Shown in pieces: positions 16,393 through 25,653 of a stretch of 35,190 nt of DNA (position 1 is its first letter; each line of letters begins with the position of its first letter). The notes beneath the pieces are model-generated. The model was not told the origin of the DNA. It ran no database searches and saw only the letters and a program-made list of their open reading frames with translations. The DNA is from a virus. Taxonomy: Duplodnaviria; Caudoviricetes. Location of the stretch: the IMG/VR virus record IMGVR_UViG_3300033067_000862, positions 1 through 35,190 of that record; one strand, given 5' to 3'. Both the position numbers and the translations under genes were made by a program.

Positions 16393-16763
16393 TGTCGCGC
16401 AAGCCTTTAAATTTCAGCTCTGGAATGCCTCAGGTATCGGATGCTCTTAATGGCTGGGAAAGCCGCATCACGCTTGTCGTGCGCAAGCAAACGGTTAATG
16501 AATATGGAAGGGTCACAACAGACCCGAAGCCAGTCACATTTAAGGGAGTTATCCAGCCCTTAAACCCGCAGCAGATTATGCTTAAGCCAGAAGGTCAGCG
16601 CGCATGGCAATGGCTGCAAATTCACGCTGTATCTGGTACACTTGACCTCAACGTTAATGACCAGATTGTCTTTAACAATGTTGTGTATAAAGTGATGAAC
16701 GTAAGCAATTTTGATTTAAACGGTTACATCGAATACCACGCAGTGAATGATTACCAGCCATGA
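16389..16763 (+). CDS. Head closure / stopper protein
   Basis: GVIQPL...PEGQR...DQIVFNNVVYKV; position in the neck module. Confidence 0.78.
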   Translation: MMSRKPLNFSSGMPQVSDALNGWESRITLVVRKQTVNEYGRVTTDPKPVTFKGVIQPLNPQQIMLKPEGQRAWQWLQIHAVSGTLDLNVNDQIVFNNVVYKVMNVSNFDLNGYIEYHAVNDYQP

Positions 16764-17413
16764 TTAAACTGAGCTCAGAATACATTGTGGACATTATCCG
16801 GCGCCGGATGGCTCTGGCCATGGATCGCGTGGTGATTCGCAATCAGGACTTTCAAATCCCCCCGCTGCCCGGATTGTATGTTTCTGTTGGTATTGTTGAG
16901 CATATGACCATGGCGACCGCAACCTATATGCGCTCTGCAGTGCCTGAAAATTATGACGTTCCCGGTGAAACCTTTGACCAGCCGGGGCAGAATTGGGATG
17001 AGCCGAATCTCCCCCCGCCTGCCCTTGTCACCCAGATTGAGGTGAATCAGATAACCGCGCGCGAGGTGGTTCAAATTGACATCATGTCAAAAAATGATGA
17101 GGCCTTGGAGCGCAGCTGGGAAGTGATAGCGGCATTGAATTCAATTTATTCACAACAAATTCAAGAGCTAAATAACTTTAAAATATTTCGATTGCCACGC
17201 AGCTTTGTTGACACATCGGCTGCTGAGGGTGGTTCACAGCTCAAGCGATATACTATTACATTCCCGTGTTTCGTGTGGTATAGAAAAGAAACGCCCATGG
17301 CGGCTGGAGATTATTACGATTATTTCCGCCAGCGAGTGGATGATGAGAAAAGCATTGGCACCGATACGCCAATTATTGAATTTGATATTGATAAAGAGGG
17401 GATCGTGCCATGA
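16760..17413 (+). CDS. Tail terminator / completion protein
   Basis: Immediately before the sheath gene; VVQIDIMS; ATGA-coupled on both sides. Confidence 0.72.
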   Translation: MIKLSSEYIVDIIRRRMALAMDRVVIRNQDFQIPPLPGLYVSVGIVEHMTMATATYMRSAVPENYDVPGETFDQPGQNWDEPNLPPPALVTQIEVNQITAREVVQIDIMSKNDEALERSWEVIAALNSIYSQQIQELNNFKIFRLPRSFVDTSAAEGGSQLKRYTITFPCFVWYRKETPMAAGDYYDYFRQRVDDEKSIGTDTPIIEFDIDKEGIVP

Positions 17414-18885
17414 CCACCAATGTTTTACCTGTCTCGAATGTCATTGAAGTAACGATTCAAAACACACCGTCAGGCTTGACCACCAAAAACGTCAACAGCC
17501 TCTGCTTGTTCACGCAAGATGCGCCTATTAATGGCGAACAATACGGCATTTATATCAGCCCATCGCAGGTTGCTTCCAACTACGGCACCAACAGTAAAAC
17601 AGCGCAGATGGCCAATAATGTATTTGCGCAGCTCCCCAACGTGCTGTCAGGTGGCGGTCGCCTTGTAATTATCCCGTTGCTTGCTGCGGTATCCGCAACG
17701 CCCGGCACTGGCACCACCCCAAATATCAGCGCAAATCTTGCCGCTATTGAGGCGGTAACCAACGGTAATTTGAAGGTTACCGTGGATGGCATCGCCCAGA
17801 ACCTTGGCAACCTAAACTTTGATGGCCTGACCACGCTTGCCCAAATTGCAGCTTATCTGGACACGGTATTGACCGATTGCGACTGCGCTGCGGTTGGAAA
17901 TACCCTTGTATTCACCAGCCATAAGGTTGGCACAAACTCGACCGTTACCTTTGCTGCCTACGCAGGCGGCGGCACCGATTTAACGGCTGCAGGCCTGTTT
18001 AATACGGGCGCAGCTGTATCTGTGGCAGGCGTGAACAGCAGTGGTGAAACCATTCTTGCTGCGATCGCACGAACCTCTGGCCTTGTAGGTTACGTCCCAT
18101 TAATGACCACGCTTGATTTGGATGATGCTGCAATCTCTGCAGCTGCAGCTGGTATTCAGGCGCTGGATAACATCTTCTTTCATCACTGCGGCTCATCGCA
18201 TGATATTGCTGGCATCGCCACCACTGTTGCAAACGCCAGCCAGACCCGCACTCGCCTTCTCACCCATACGCAGGGTCAATCTGCAGCCAACCTTTACAAA
18301 GCAGCCTATGCTGGCCGCGCATGCTCTGTGGACTTCACTGGCAGCCTAACCAGCCAGACGATGAACCTGAAGCAGCTGGCCAATATCAACACCGACACGG
18401 GCATTACGCAGACCCTGTATCAAGCTGCCCTTGTGGCTGGCACCGACCTGTATGTGAGCTATGATGGCGTGCCATCGGTGCTTTCAACGGGAGCTAATGA
18501 GTATTTTGACAATGTCTATTCCGATCTGGCATTGAAATTTGCGCTTGAAAGTGGCGGCTTCAACTATTTGCGCCAAGTCAACACCAAGGTTCCACAAACT
18601 GAGCCCGGCATGACTGGCCTTAAGGATGCGTATGCTCAGGTGATGCGTCAATTCGTGCGTAATGGCTGCCTTGCACCCGGCAAATGGAATAGCGCAGAAA
18701 CATTTGGCGACCCTGTTATTTTCAATAACAATGTTTTGCAAGATGGTTTTTATGTGTGGAGCCTGCCTGTTGCATTGCAAAGCTCGAGCGAGCGCAATAA
18801 CCGCATCGCTCCTATCGTGCAGATTGCAGCCAAGCGCGCGGGTGCAATCCACAAGAGCAACGTTCTTGTTATTGTTAATGCTTAA
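17410..18885 (+). CDS. Contractile tail sheath (DUF3383 type)
   Basis: LPVSNVIEV, KVPQTEPGM, FVRNGCLAPGKW, KRAGAIH. Confidence 0.93.
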   Translation: MTTNVLPVSNVIEVTIQNTPSGLTTKNVNSLCLFTQDAPINGEQYGIYISPSQVASNYGTNSKTAQMANNVFAQLPNVLSGGGRLVIIPLLAAVSATPGTGTTPNISANLAAIEAVTNGNLKVTVDGIAQNLGNLNFDGLTTLAQIAAYLDTVLTDCDCAAVGNTLVFTSHKVGTNSTVTFAAYAGGGTDLTAAGLFNTGAAVSVAGVNSSGETILAAIARTSGLVGYVPLMTTLDLDDAAISAAAAGIQALDNIFFHHCGSSHDIAGIATTVANASQTRTRLLTHTQGQSAANLYKAAYAGRACSVDFTGSLTSQTMNLKQLANINTDTGITQTLYQAALVAGTDLYVSYDGVPSVLSTGANEYFDNVYSDLALKFALESGGFNYLRQVNTKVPQTEPGMTGLKDAYAQVMRQFVRNGCLAPGKWNSAETFGDPVIFNNNVLQDGFYVWSLPVALQSSSERNNRIAPIVQIAAKRAGAIHKSNVLVIVNA

Positions 18886-18899
18886 GCTGGGAGGCTTCT

Positions 18900-19355
18900 A
18901 TGTCTATTTTTACCGTTACATCCAATGATACGCTGGTTTTAAATGGCCGCGTATTCAATGATTTCGCCACCGATGACGTGACGCAAATCACCATGCCTAA
19001 TGAGCTTGTGAATGTAAAAACAGGCAAAAAGGGCAACAGCATCATTTCACAAAATGCACAGGGTCTTAATGGCGTTTTGACGCTTAAGCTCAACCGCGGC
19101 AGTAGCGATGACCAATTCCTAAACGGCATCTTGTCTGGCTCGCTTAAGGATTTTCCATCCACTGTGTTGCTGGCTGGCTCATTCGTTAAACGCCTTGGCG
19201 ATGGTCAGGGCAACATCATCAATGATGTCTATAATCTCGCAGGCGGCACCATCTCTAAAATTCCAGAAGGCAAAGAAAATGCCTCAGGCGATGTGGCTCA
19301 GGGCGAGGTGACTTACATCATCAAATTCACCAATGTAAGCCGCAGCATGCAGTAG
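18900..19355 (+). CDS. Tail tube protein
   Basis: 151 aa directly after the sheath; TLKLNRGSSDDQFL. Confidence 0.85.
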   Translation: MSIFTVTSNDTLVLNGRVFNDFATDDVTQITMPNELVNVKTGKKGNSIISQNAQGLNGVLTLKLNRGSSDDQFLNGILSGSLKDFPSTVLLAGSFVKRLGDGQGNIINDVYNLAGGTISKIPEGKENASGDVAQGEVTYIIKFTNVSRSMQ

Positions 19356-19362
19356 GCTTGCT

Positions 19363-19533
19363 ATGGCTGGGTTGGTTTTAAAGATTACCGCAAAGAAAAC
19401 GTGGAAGTTTCATCTTTTGTTTTGGTGGACTGCTATGGTTTGGATTTTTTGCGGTGATGAAGTAACACGCAATAATACCGCAAAATTAATAGCAACCCAC
19501 GGCTACGAATACGAGGCTTCAATACATGACTGA
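19363..19533 (+). CDS. Small hydrophobic ORF (56 aa) between tube and chaperone
   Basis: MAGLVLKITAKKTWKFHLLFWWTAMVWIFCGDEVTRNNTAKLIATHGYEYEASIHD; fills the gap and overlaps the next start; weak SD. Confidence 0.45.
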   Translation: MAGLVLKITAKKTWKFHLLFWWTAMVWIFCGDEVTRNNTAKLIATHGYEYEASIHD

Positions 19534-19927
19534 AATCAAAACCACATCAGGCGCATCGGTGGTCATCAACATCGCGCCATGGGAAGATGCAAAACGTCTA
19601 AAAAAGGCAATTGAGCGCGAACTTGCCAACGCTGGCATTAAGCTCAATATGCAAAGCGATGTTTCGGAGCTTTTAAGCGCACTTTTACGCGTTGATAGCT
19701 CTGATGATGTTGACGCTGCATTATGGCCTTGCCTTGCCAGATGCACCCGCAATGGCTCAAAGATTATCCCGGGTATGTTCGATGATTCAGAAGCCCGAAT
19801 GGATTATTATGATATCGTTTCTGCCTGCATTCAGGAAAACTTGCGCCCTTTAGTCGAAAGCCTTTATTTGAAGTTACCAGCGTCAATAAAGGCGATGTTT
19901 CAAAAAGGCCAAAATATCCAAAAATAG
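19526..19927 (+). CDS. Tail assembly chaperone (gpG-like)
   Basis: Between tube and tape measure; contains an in-register slippery heptamer. Confidence 0.82.
   Translation: MTEIKTTSGASVVINIAPWEDAKRLKKAIERELANAGIKLNMQSDVSELLSALLRVDSSDDVDAALWPCLARCTRNGSKIIPGMFDDSEARMDYYDIVSACIQENLRPLVESLYLKLPASIKAMFQKGQNIQK
19846..19852 (+). other. -1 programmed ribosomal frameshift site C CCT TTA
   Basis: X XXY YYZ heptamer in register with the chaperone frame; -1 frame is open to TAA 20104-20106. Confidence 0.75.
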
Positions 19928-20106
19928 CCCTTGAGGACGATGCTTTTTTTGTAGCAATTCGTCTGGCAAAACTGGGATATTATGGCGGCGATCCGGCGCT
20001 TGTAATGGGTGCGCCTGCGGACGTGGTGGTTTCGATTTTAGAATATGAATCATTCGAGGTCGATTATCAGGCCGCCTATGTTGAGATAAATAAAGAAACT
20101 GATTAA
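19852..20106 (+). CDS. gpT-like -1 frame extension of the chaperone (fusion about 193 aa)
   Basis: SRKPLFEV...EDDAFFVAIRLAKLGYYGGDPALVMGAPADVVVSILEYESFEVDYQAAYVEINKETD*; ends 14 bp before the tape measure start. Confidence 0.78.
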   Translation, partial: SRKPLFEVTSVNKGDVSKRPKYPKIALEDDAFFVAIRLAKLGYYGGDPALVMGAPADVVVSILEYESFEVDYQAAYVEINKETD

Positions 20107-20120
20107 GGGGAGGGTTTATC

Positions 20121-21299
20121 ATGAATGTCGGGGAGCTTTTCGTCAGCCTCGGCTTTGATGTCGACCTGTCATCGCTTACAGAATTCAATGCTGGAATCAC
20201 CGAAGCACGCAACGATATCCTTAAAATGTCAGCCGCGGCCGTGGGTGCTGTTTATGCGGTTAATGCCCTATTCTCCAGCACTGCGCAGCAATCACTTGAA
20301 TTAAAGAATTTCACCGACCAGACGGGCTATTCGGCTGATGCTTTGCAGAAGTGGCAGGCTGTCGTGCATCAAACCAACCCAGCCATGGGATTGGAAGAGG
20401 CCGCAGCTGGCTATAAGAAGCTCGCCCAGACGCTGATTGATATCCGGCAGGGTAAGGGCGACAGCGGTGCGCTGGCTATGCTTGGCGTGACGTATGACAC
20501 GAATATGACCCCCGATAAGGCGCTTGAGCAAATCCGGCAGCATTTGCAGGAAAGCATCGCCCAGAACGGCATCGGTTTTGTAAGCGACAAACTTAACGCG
20601 ATTGGCGTTGGCGCTGGGTATATCAATGCTCTGAAGTTATCAAACCAGCAATTTAGCGAGCTCGCACAAAACAGCATGATTAGCCAAGAGGCGATTGATG
20701 CCAATGTGCGCTATGCTGAAACTATCGCCAAGATTGACGTTGAGTGGCAGAAATTCAAAATGAATTTTACCGCTGAGTGGGCAGATGACCTTGTTTCTGG
20801 TATTCAAAAAGCCGATATCGCCCTTGGCGAATTCTACCGTAATATTTCAGCGGTCGCCAAATGGATAGCCGATGCGGATAAAGAAGCGCATGAGTTTTTT
20901 GTAATCCTTGAGGTTTTAGCTGGGGTTTGGGCTATTGCCACCTTCCCCATCACAGCCGCCTTCATTGCGCTTGCTGTTGCTATCAATGACGTTGGGAAGG
21001 CCATTCGCGGGCTGCCATCTTTTACCGCTGATTTTATTGAAATGGAAAAGCGCGGCCTTTATCTGTTAAAAAACGACCCAGACCAGTTTTTAACAAACCT
21101 TGACAATAATATCGCCAATTTAATGGGTGGTAATAAGGCACAATCGGGCGCAGCGCCATCCCGTTCAATAACTCAAAACGTGACCAATCATATTCATGGT
21201 ACCAGCGACCCTCGCGTGACCGCTGAAGAGGTCAATCGCGTCATTCAAAATAATATTAATTCTGCTTATGCAACAACAAATCTGGGGGCTAATTATTAA
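20121..21299 (+). CDS. Tape measure protein (short)
   Basis: VGELFVSLGFDVD N-terminus; helical and Ala-rich; C-terminal ITQNVTNHIHG; SD GGGAGG. Confidence 0.88.
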   Translation: MNVGELFVSLGFDVDLSSLTEFNAGITEARNDILKMSAAAVGAVYAVNALFSSTAQQSLELKNFTDQTGYSADALQKWQAVVHQTNPAMGLEEAAAGYKKLAQTLIDIRQGKGDSGALAMLGVTYDTNMTPDKALEQIRQHLQESIAQNGIGFVSDKLNAIGVGAGYINALKLSNQQFSELAQNSMISQEAIDANVRYAETIAKIDVEWQKFKMNFTAEWADDLVSGIQKADIALGEFYRNISAVAKWIADADKEAHEFFVILEVLAGVWAIATFPITAAFIALAVAINDVGKAIRGLPSFTADFIEMEKRGLYLLKNDPDQFLTNLDNNIANLMGGNKAQSGAAPSRSITQNVTNHIHGTSDPRVTAEEVNRVIQNNINSAYATTNLGANY

Positions 21300-22216
21300 T
21301 GTCAAACACCCTTGATGCCATTGCAGCAGACCTGCAGAATTATGTTGTTTCGCCTCTCAATGCATTCGGCCTTGGCGGTTTCGTGTTTGATGCTGAGGGT
21401 GAAAGCATCGCCCGGCTGAGTGCGGATATTACCGACCATTACACCGAAGACAACCACGCCATTCAAGACCATATTGCTATCCATCCAAAGCGCATCACGC
21501 TCAAGGGATATGTTGGCGAGGTGGTTTATACAACTGCTGATCAGGATTTATCCCTGCTGCAGAAGGCCGTGCAAAAGCTGACCCAGATATCGGCATTCCT
21601 GCCATCGATAAGCTCTTATGCTGCGCAGGCTGAAGAGGCACTTTCGTCCCCCCTTTCATCAACCATTAATCTGGGTGATGCCTCAAACATCTATGGCATG
21701 GTTAAAAACCTAATCAGCAGCAATGGCGAGGAAGCGCGCCAGCAGAATGCCTACCTGTATTTTCAATCGCTTATGAATCAGGGTATCCTTATGGGTGTGC
21801 AGACCCCGTGGGAATTCATCACGAATATGGTGATTGAAACCATCACTGCGGTGCAAAGCGAAAATTCCCGCTTTATCACTGACTTTTCAATCACCATGAA
21901 GCAGATGCGTTTTGCCAAAACCAAGACCAATGCATTCAGCACGATTGTGAAGGGAATGTCAGCCCCCAATAATCTATCGCCAGATGCCACACAGGGCGAT
22001 ATGTCCCAGTCTGGGGTGTATGTACCTCTCCCCGAAAAACAGCTCATTGGCGCGGCTGCCTTGCAAGCTACGAACCCTGTGAAACTTGGCAATGTCCCCG
22101 GTGTAGCACTGCCATCCCCCACGCTGCCCAGCTTTCAATCCCAGATTGATGGCGCGGATGCTTTTTTAAACAACCCGGCGGTATTAAAAACCTTTAAGCG
22201 CGCGGTGGGTGAATAA
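21299..22216 (+). CDS. Baseplate / tube-initiator (Dit-like) protein
   Basis: GGFVFD, ITDHYTED...IQDHIAIHPKRITLKG, VQTPW..ITNMVI. Confidence 0.8.
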   Translation: MSNTLDAIAADLQNYVVSPLNAFGLGGFVFDAEGESIARLSADITDHYTEDNHAIQDHIAIHPKRITLKGYVGEVVYTTADQDLSLLQKAVQKLTQISAFLPSISSYAAQAEEALSSPLSSTINLGDASNIYGMVKNLISSNGEEARQQNAYLYFQSLMNQGILMGVQTPWEFITNMVIETITAVQSENSRFITDFSITMKQMRFAKTKTNAFSTIVKGMSAPNNLSPDATQGDMSQSGVYVPLPEKQLIGAAALQATNPVKLGNVPGVALPSPTLPSFQSQIDGADAFLNNPAVLKTFKRAVGE

Positions 22217-22557
22217 TGCTTTACATTAACAAACTCACATCGGATGCCCAGCAAAACATAACGCTTAATGGCATTCCCAATATCTCAATCGGCATGACGC
22301 TGCGTTTTATGCCGCGAATCCAGCGCTGGATTATGGGCATCACCTATAAAGGCAAATCCTATCAGGGCATTGCCGTGGTGTGCTCTGAGAACCTTTTGCG
22401 CCAATTTCAGAACCAGCTCCCATTCGGAATTTCATGCATCCGGGCGGATGGCCTTGACCCCTACACCGTTAATGACTTTTCGACACAGCTATCCAATCTC
22501 TACCTACTAGACGCTGCGGATGTGGCGTTGCTTGAAAAGAGCTTTTACACGACATGA
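22216..22557 (+). CDS. Small baseplate (plug-type) protein
   Basis: 113 aa; position; WIMGI...GIAVV..ENLL.QF. Confidence 0.72.
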   Translation: MLYINKLTSDAQQNITLNGIPNISIGMTLRFMPRIQRWIMGITYKGKSYQGIAVVCSENLLRQFQNQLPFGISCIRADGLDPYTVNDFSTQLSNLYLLDAADVALLEKSFYTT

Positions 22558-23420
22558 GCATTAAACTTGGGCGCAATTACCGGATAACGATTGACCCTGC
22601 CGATGGCGGTGAGGTTATTGTCATTACGATGCCGTTTAGCATTCAATTCTGGATGCAGCGCAACACCATGTCTGATTTAAACCGCTTAAGCATTGATATT
22701 TTCAATCTTTCAGAGTCAAATCGCGGCCGGATATTCCAAGACCGTTTTGACTTAACGCAGAATAAAACCATCATTTTTGAGGCTGGATATTCCACGCTTT
22801 ATCGTATTTTCAGCGGTCGCATCTATGAGGCCAACACTTCGCGCTCTGGCACTGAGTTAATCACCCGCATTGAAGCGCGCGATGGCCTGTATGATGTGGC
22901 GGCTTCACAGACCTATCAAACGCTGCAGGGCGGCCAGACGCTGGGTCAGGTGCTGCGTTTTCTTGCTGGACAATTCAGCGGCCTTGAAATTGGTGCGATC
23001 GGGGACTTCCCTGAAAAGCTATTGCGCCCGGTCGCCTTGGATGGTGCCACATGGGATTTGCTAAAACGATATAGCGACAATAAGGTTTATATCGACAGCG
23101 GGAAGATTTACGTCTTAAAGCCGACCGAGGCCACGGATAAGGAAATCTACACCATTGACGATGAGACAGGTTTGCTTGAAACCCCGCGGCGTGATGAGGG
23201 CTTTCTTTCTGTGACCACCTTGCTGGAGACTGGGATTGACATGGCGCAGCTGGTTAATCTGGCATCATCGGTGCAGCCCATCTATAATGGTCAGTACCGG
23301 GTTATTGGCATCAATCACAGCGGCATGATATCGGGAGCTGTAAGTGGCGAATGTCGCACGACCTTGAGCTTATTGGCTCCAAATAAGTTTGGCAAATTTA
23401 CGCAGGTACCATCAGGATGA
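22554..23420 (+). CDS. Baseplate hub protein
   Basis: IDIFNLS, IFEAGY, IFSGRI, TGLLETP, YNGQYRV...HSG. Confidence 0.83.
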   Translation: MSIKLGRNYRITIDPADGGEVIVITMPFSIQFWMQRNTMSDLNRLSIDIFNLSESNRGRIFQDRFDLTQNKTIIFEAGYSTLYRIFSGRIYEANTSRSGTELITRIEARDGLYDVAASQTYQTLQGGQTLGQVLRFLAGQFSGLEIGAIGDFPEKLLRPVALDGATWDLLKRYSDNKVYIDSGKIYVLKPTEATDKEIYTIDDETGLLETPRRDEGFLSVTTLLETGIDMAQLVNLASSVQPIYNGQYRVIGINHSGMISGAVSGECRTTLSLLAPNKFGKFTQVPSG

Positions 23421-24100
23421 ACGATATTGCCCCCACACTTAAACAGCCTAACCCAGCATCTTTAACCGAGCTTTTGGATGCCGTATCTCGTGAAATTCTT
23501 AAGACGCTTAATTGCGTTAAACCATGCGTGGTGGTTGAATATTCAGCAGGAGGCGCAGACGACATTCCGACTGCCAAGCTCAGGATTGCTTTTCAAAAGG
23601 TGACCTCGATCGCCAGCGATGGCACTAAAACACTGGCCGAGTACACCGAGCTTGTTTCGGTGCCCGTGTTTTTCATGGGTGGTGGCGGCTTTACCACGAC
23701 CTATCCTATTGCGCCCGGCGATGAGGGAATTCTTTTGTTTAACGACCGTAATATAGACAACTGGGTTCATTTTGGCGCTGGCCAGCCACCCGAAACTGGA
23801 CGGGTTCATGATTTAAGCGATGCAATAGCGCTGATAGGCATTCGCAGCATTCCGCGCAGGCTTGGCAATATATCGGCTACAGCCGCGCAGCTGCGCAGCG
23901 ATGATGGTCAAACGGTCATTGAGGCATCTCCCGGTAAAATTCAGCTCATTGCGGATGAAGTGGTTATTCATGCGCGAAATAAATTGTGCTATGATGCAGG
24001 CGGCACTGGCACTGTCATTCAACCGACTGTTATTGATAATTACACCACGGGCGTTCCTGTTAATCCGCATGCGCCTAATCCACCTCAGGTTCCATCATGA
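23417..24100 (+). CDS. Baseplate central spike (Gp138/GpV-like)
   Basis: VPVFFMGGGGFTTTYPIAPGDEGILLFNDRNIDNW, RVHDLSDAIA, QLRSDDG. Confidence 0.88.
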   Translation: MNDIAPTLKQPNPASLTELLDAVSREILKTLNCVKPCVVVEYSAGGADDIPTAKLRIAFQKVTSIASDGTKTLAEYTELVSVPVFFMGGGGFTTTYPIAPGDEGILLFNDRNIDNWVHFGAGQPPETGRVHDLSDAIALIGIRSIPRRLGNISATAAQLRSDDGQTVIEASPGKIQLIADEVVIHARNKLCYDAGGTGTVIQPTVIDNYTTGVPVNPHAPNPPQVPS

Positions 24101-24450
24101 TTTTTCGCAACCTTGACGCAAATGGTGACTGGCAATTCGGGCAGGGCTTGCAAAGCTATGTTTCGGGCGTGGAGGCTATCGGCCTGAACATAAAAACCAG
24201 AATCTTAAGCTGGGTTGGCGATTGTTTCTTTGACATCAAAGCAGGAATCGACTGGACGAACCGTTTGAGCCTGAAAAATCAAAAGAAGCTACTGGATGCC
24301 GAGCTGCGGCGCATCATCCTTCAATCGTATGGGGTGACTGCCATCACGAGTTTTGATACGGTGCTCATTGGCCGAACCTACAAAGCAACCTATGCGGTCA
24401 ATACCATTTATTCCAAGGCCTACATTGCCAGCATTGAGCAGGAGATTTAA
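24097..24450 (+). CDS. Baseplate wedge / sheath initiator
   Basis: RNLDANGDWQFG, TRILSWVGDCFFD..AGIDW. Confidence 0.8.
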   Translation: MIFRNLDANGDWQFGQGLQSYVSGVEAIGLNIKTRILSWVGDCFFDIKAGIDWTNRLSLKNQKKLLDAELRRIILQSYGVTAITSFDTVLIGRTYKATYAVNTIYSKAYIASIEQEI

Positions 24451-24453
24451 TAC

Positions 24454-25653
24454 ATGCCCGATACATTTGACGCGAATGGCCTTGTCGTAAAGACCGCCTC
24501 TGAAATCACCACAGCCCTCGTGACTGGCCTTCAAAGCATTTATGGCTCTGACATCCAGACCGACCAGAACAGTCCTGACGGTCAAATGGTGGGTATCCTG
24601 ACACAGATGGCCGTGGATATCCGCGAGAAGCTCGTAGATATCAATAATGGCTTTGACCCAGACCTTGCCACGGGCGCAATTCTTGACCAGCGCGTGGCTC
24701 TAAACGATATCCGGCGTGCTGGGGGCACGTACACGACCCAGCCGATTGATATTGTGGTAAGCCAGACGGTTAATCTGGCAGGCCTTGATGATAATTACGA
24801 TGACCCGCTTGGCGTTGGTTATACCATTCAAGATGCGAATGGTAACAAATTCATTTTAATTGATAGCGTAACGCTCACGGTTGGCAGTTATTCCCTGTCA
24901 TTCCGAGCCCAGAAAATTGGCAGCGTATCGGTGCCAACTAACACCATCACCAGCTTTGTGACAATTGTCCCCGGAGTTACATCGGTCAATAATTCCAGCG
25001 CGGCCACATCGGTTGGCTCCGATCAGGAAACAGACGCCCAGCTTCGCGTGCGTAGACGCAGCTCTGTGTCGAATTCGTCCAGCGGCTACCTCAATGGTCT
25101 TGAGGGCAATCTTCAGTCTATCACAGGCGTGATTGATGCGGCTGTATATGAAAACTACACCGATACCGTGGATGCAAACGGTATTCCTGCCCATGGGATT
25201 TGGTGCGTGGTGGAAGGTGGCGCAAATACCGATATTGCGGATATGATTTATCGCAAAAAAGACCCCGGCGCCAATATGCGCGGCTCTGTTGCTGTTGTAA
25301 AAACCACCCCAGCTGGCCGCATGTTGACTGTGAAGTTTGACCGCCCGACCGCGACACCGCTTTATATTCGTTTTAATATCAAGACGACCGTATCTGGTTA
25401 TGCATTTAACACGGCATCCATCAAGGATTATATCAGCACAAATCTTTCCTATGACATCGGCTCCTTTGCTGAAACGTCATCTATCACGGATGCCGCCATC
25501 GCTGCTATTGCCGCACAAGGCGGCGGTGGCGTGCCCGTGGCGGTGCAGGTGAGTTCGGATGGCGTAACGTGGGTTAGCTATCTGGATGCGCTCACCTTGG
25601 CATCGCAGTGGACGGTTTCATCGGCAAATATCGCAATCACGGTGCTTCCATAA
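24454..25653 (+). CDS. Baseplate J-like protein
   Basis: SPDGQ, ATGAILD, GSDQETDAQLRVRR, YENYT...GIPAH. Confidence 0.93.
   Translation: MPDTFDANGLVVKTASEITTALVTGLQSIYGSDIQTDQNSPDGQMVGILTQMAVDIREKLVDINNGFDPDLATGAILDQRVALNDIRRAGGTYTTQPIDIVVSQTVNLAGLDDNYDDPLGVGYTIQDANGNKFILIDSVTLTVGSYSLSFRAQKIGSVSVPTNTITSFVTIVPGVTSVNNSSAATSVGSDQETDAQLRVRRRSSVSNSSSGYLNGLEGNLQSITGVIDAAVYENYTDTVDANGIPAHGIWCVVEGGANTDIADMIYRKKDPGANMRGSVAVVKTTPAGRMLTVKFDRPTATPLYIRFNIKTTVSGYAFNTASIKDYISTNLSYDIGSFAETSSITDAAIAAIAAQGGGGVPVAVQVSSDGVTWVSYLDALTLASQWTVSSANIAITVLP

Noticed and set aside
19898-19927. A-rich run CAAAAAG near the chaperone stop as the slippery site
   Set aside because: Not an in-register X XXY YYZ heptamer; CCCTTTA at 19846 is.
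19883-20212. 109-aa minus-strand ORF in the chaperone-tape measure gap
   Set aside because: The gap is explained by the plus-strand -1 frameshift ORF.
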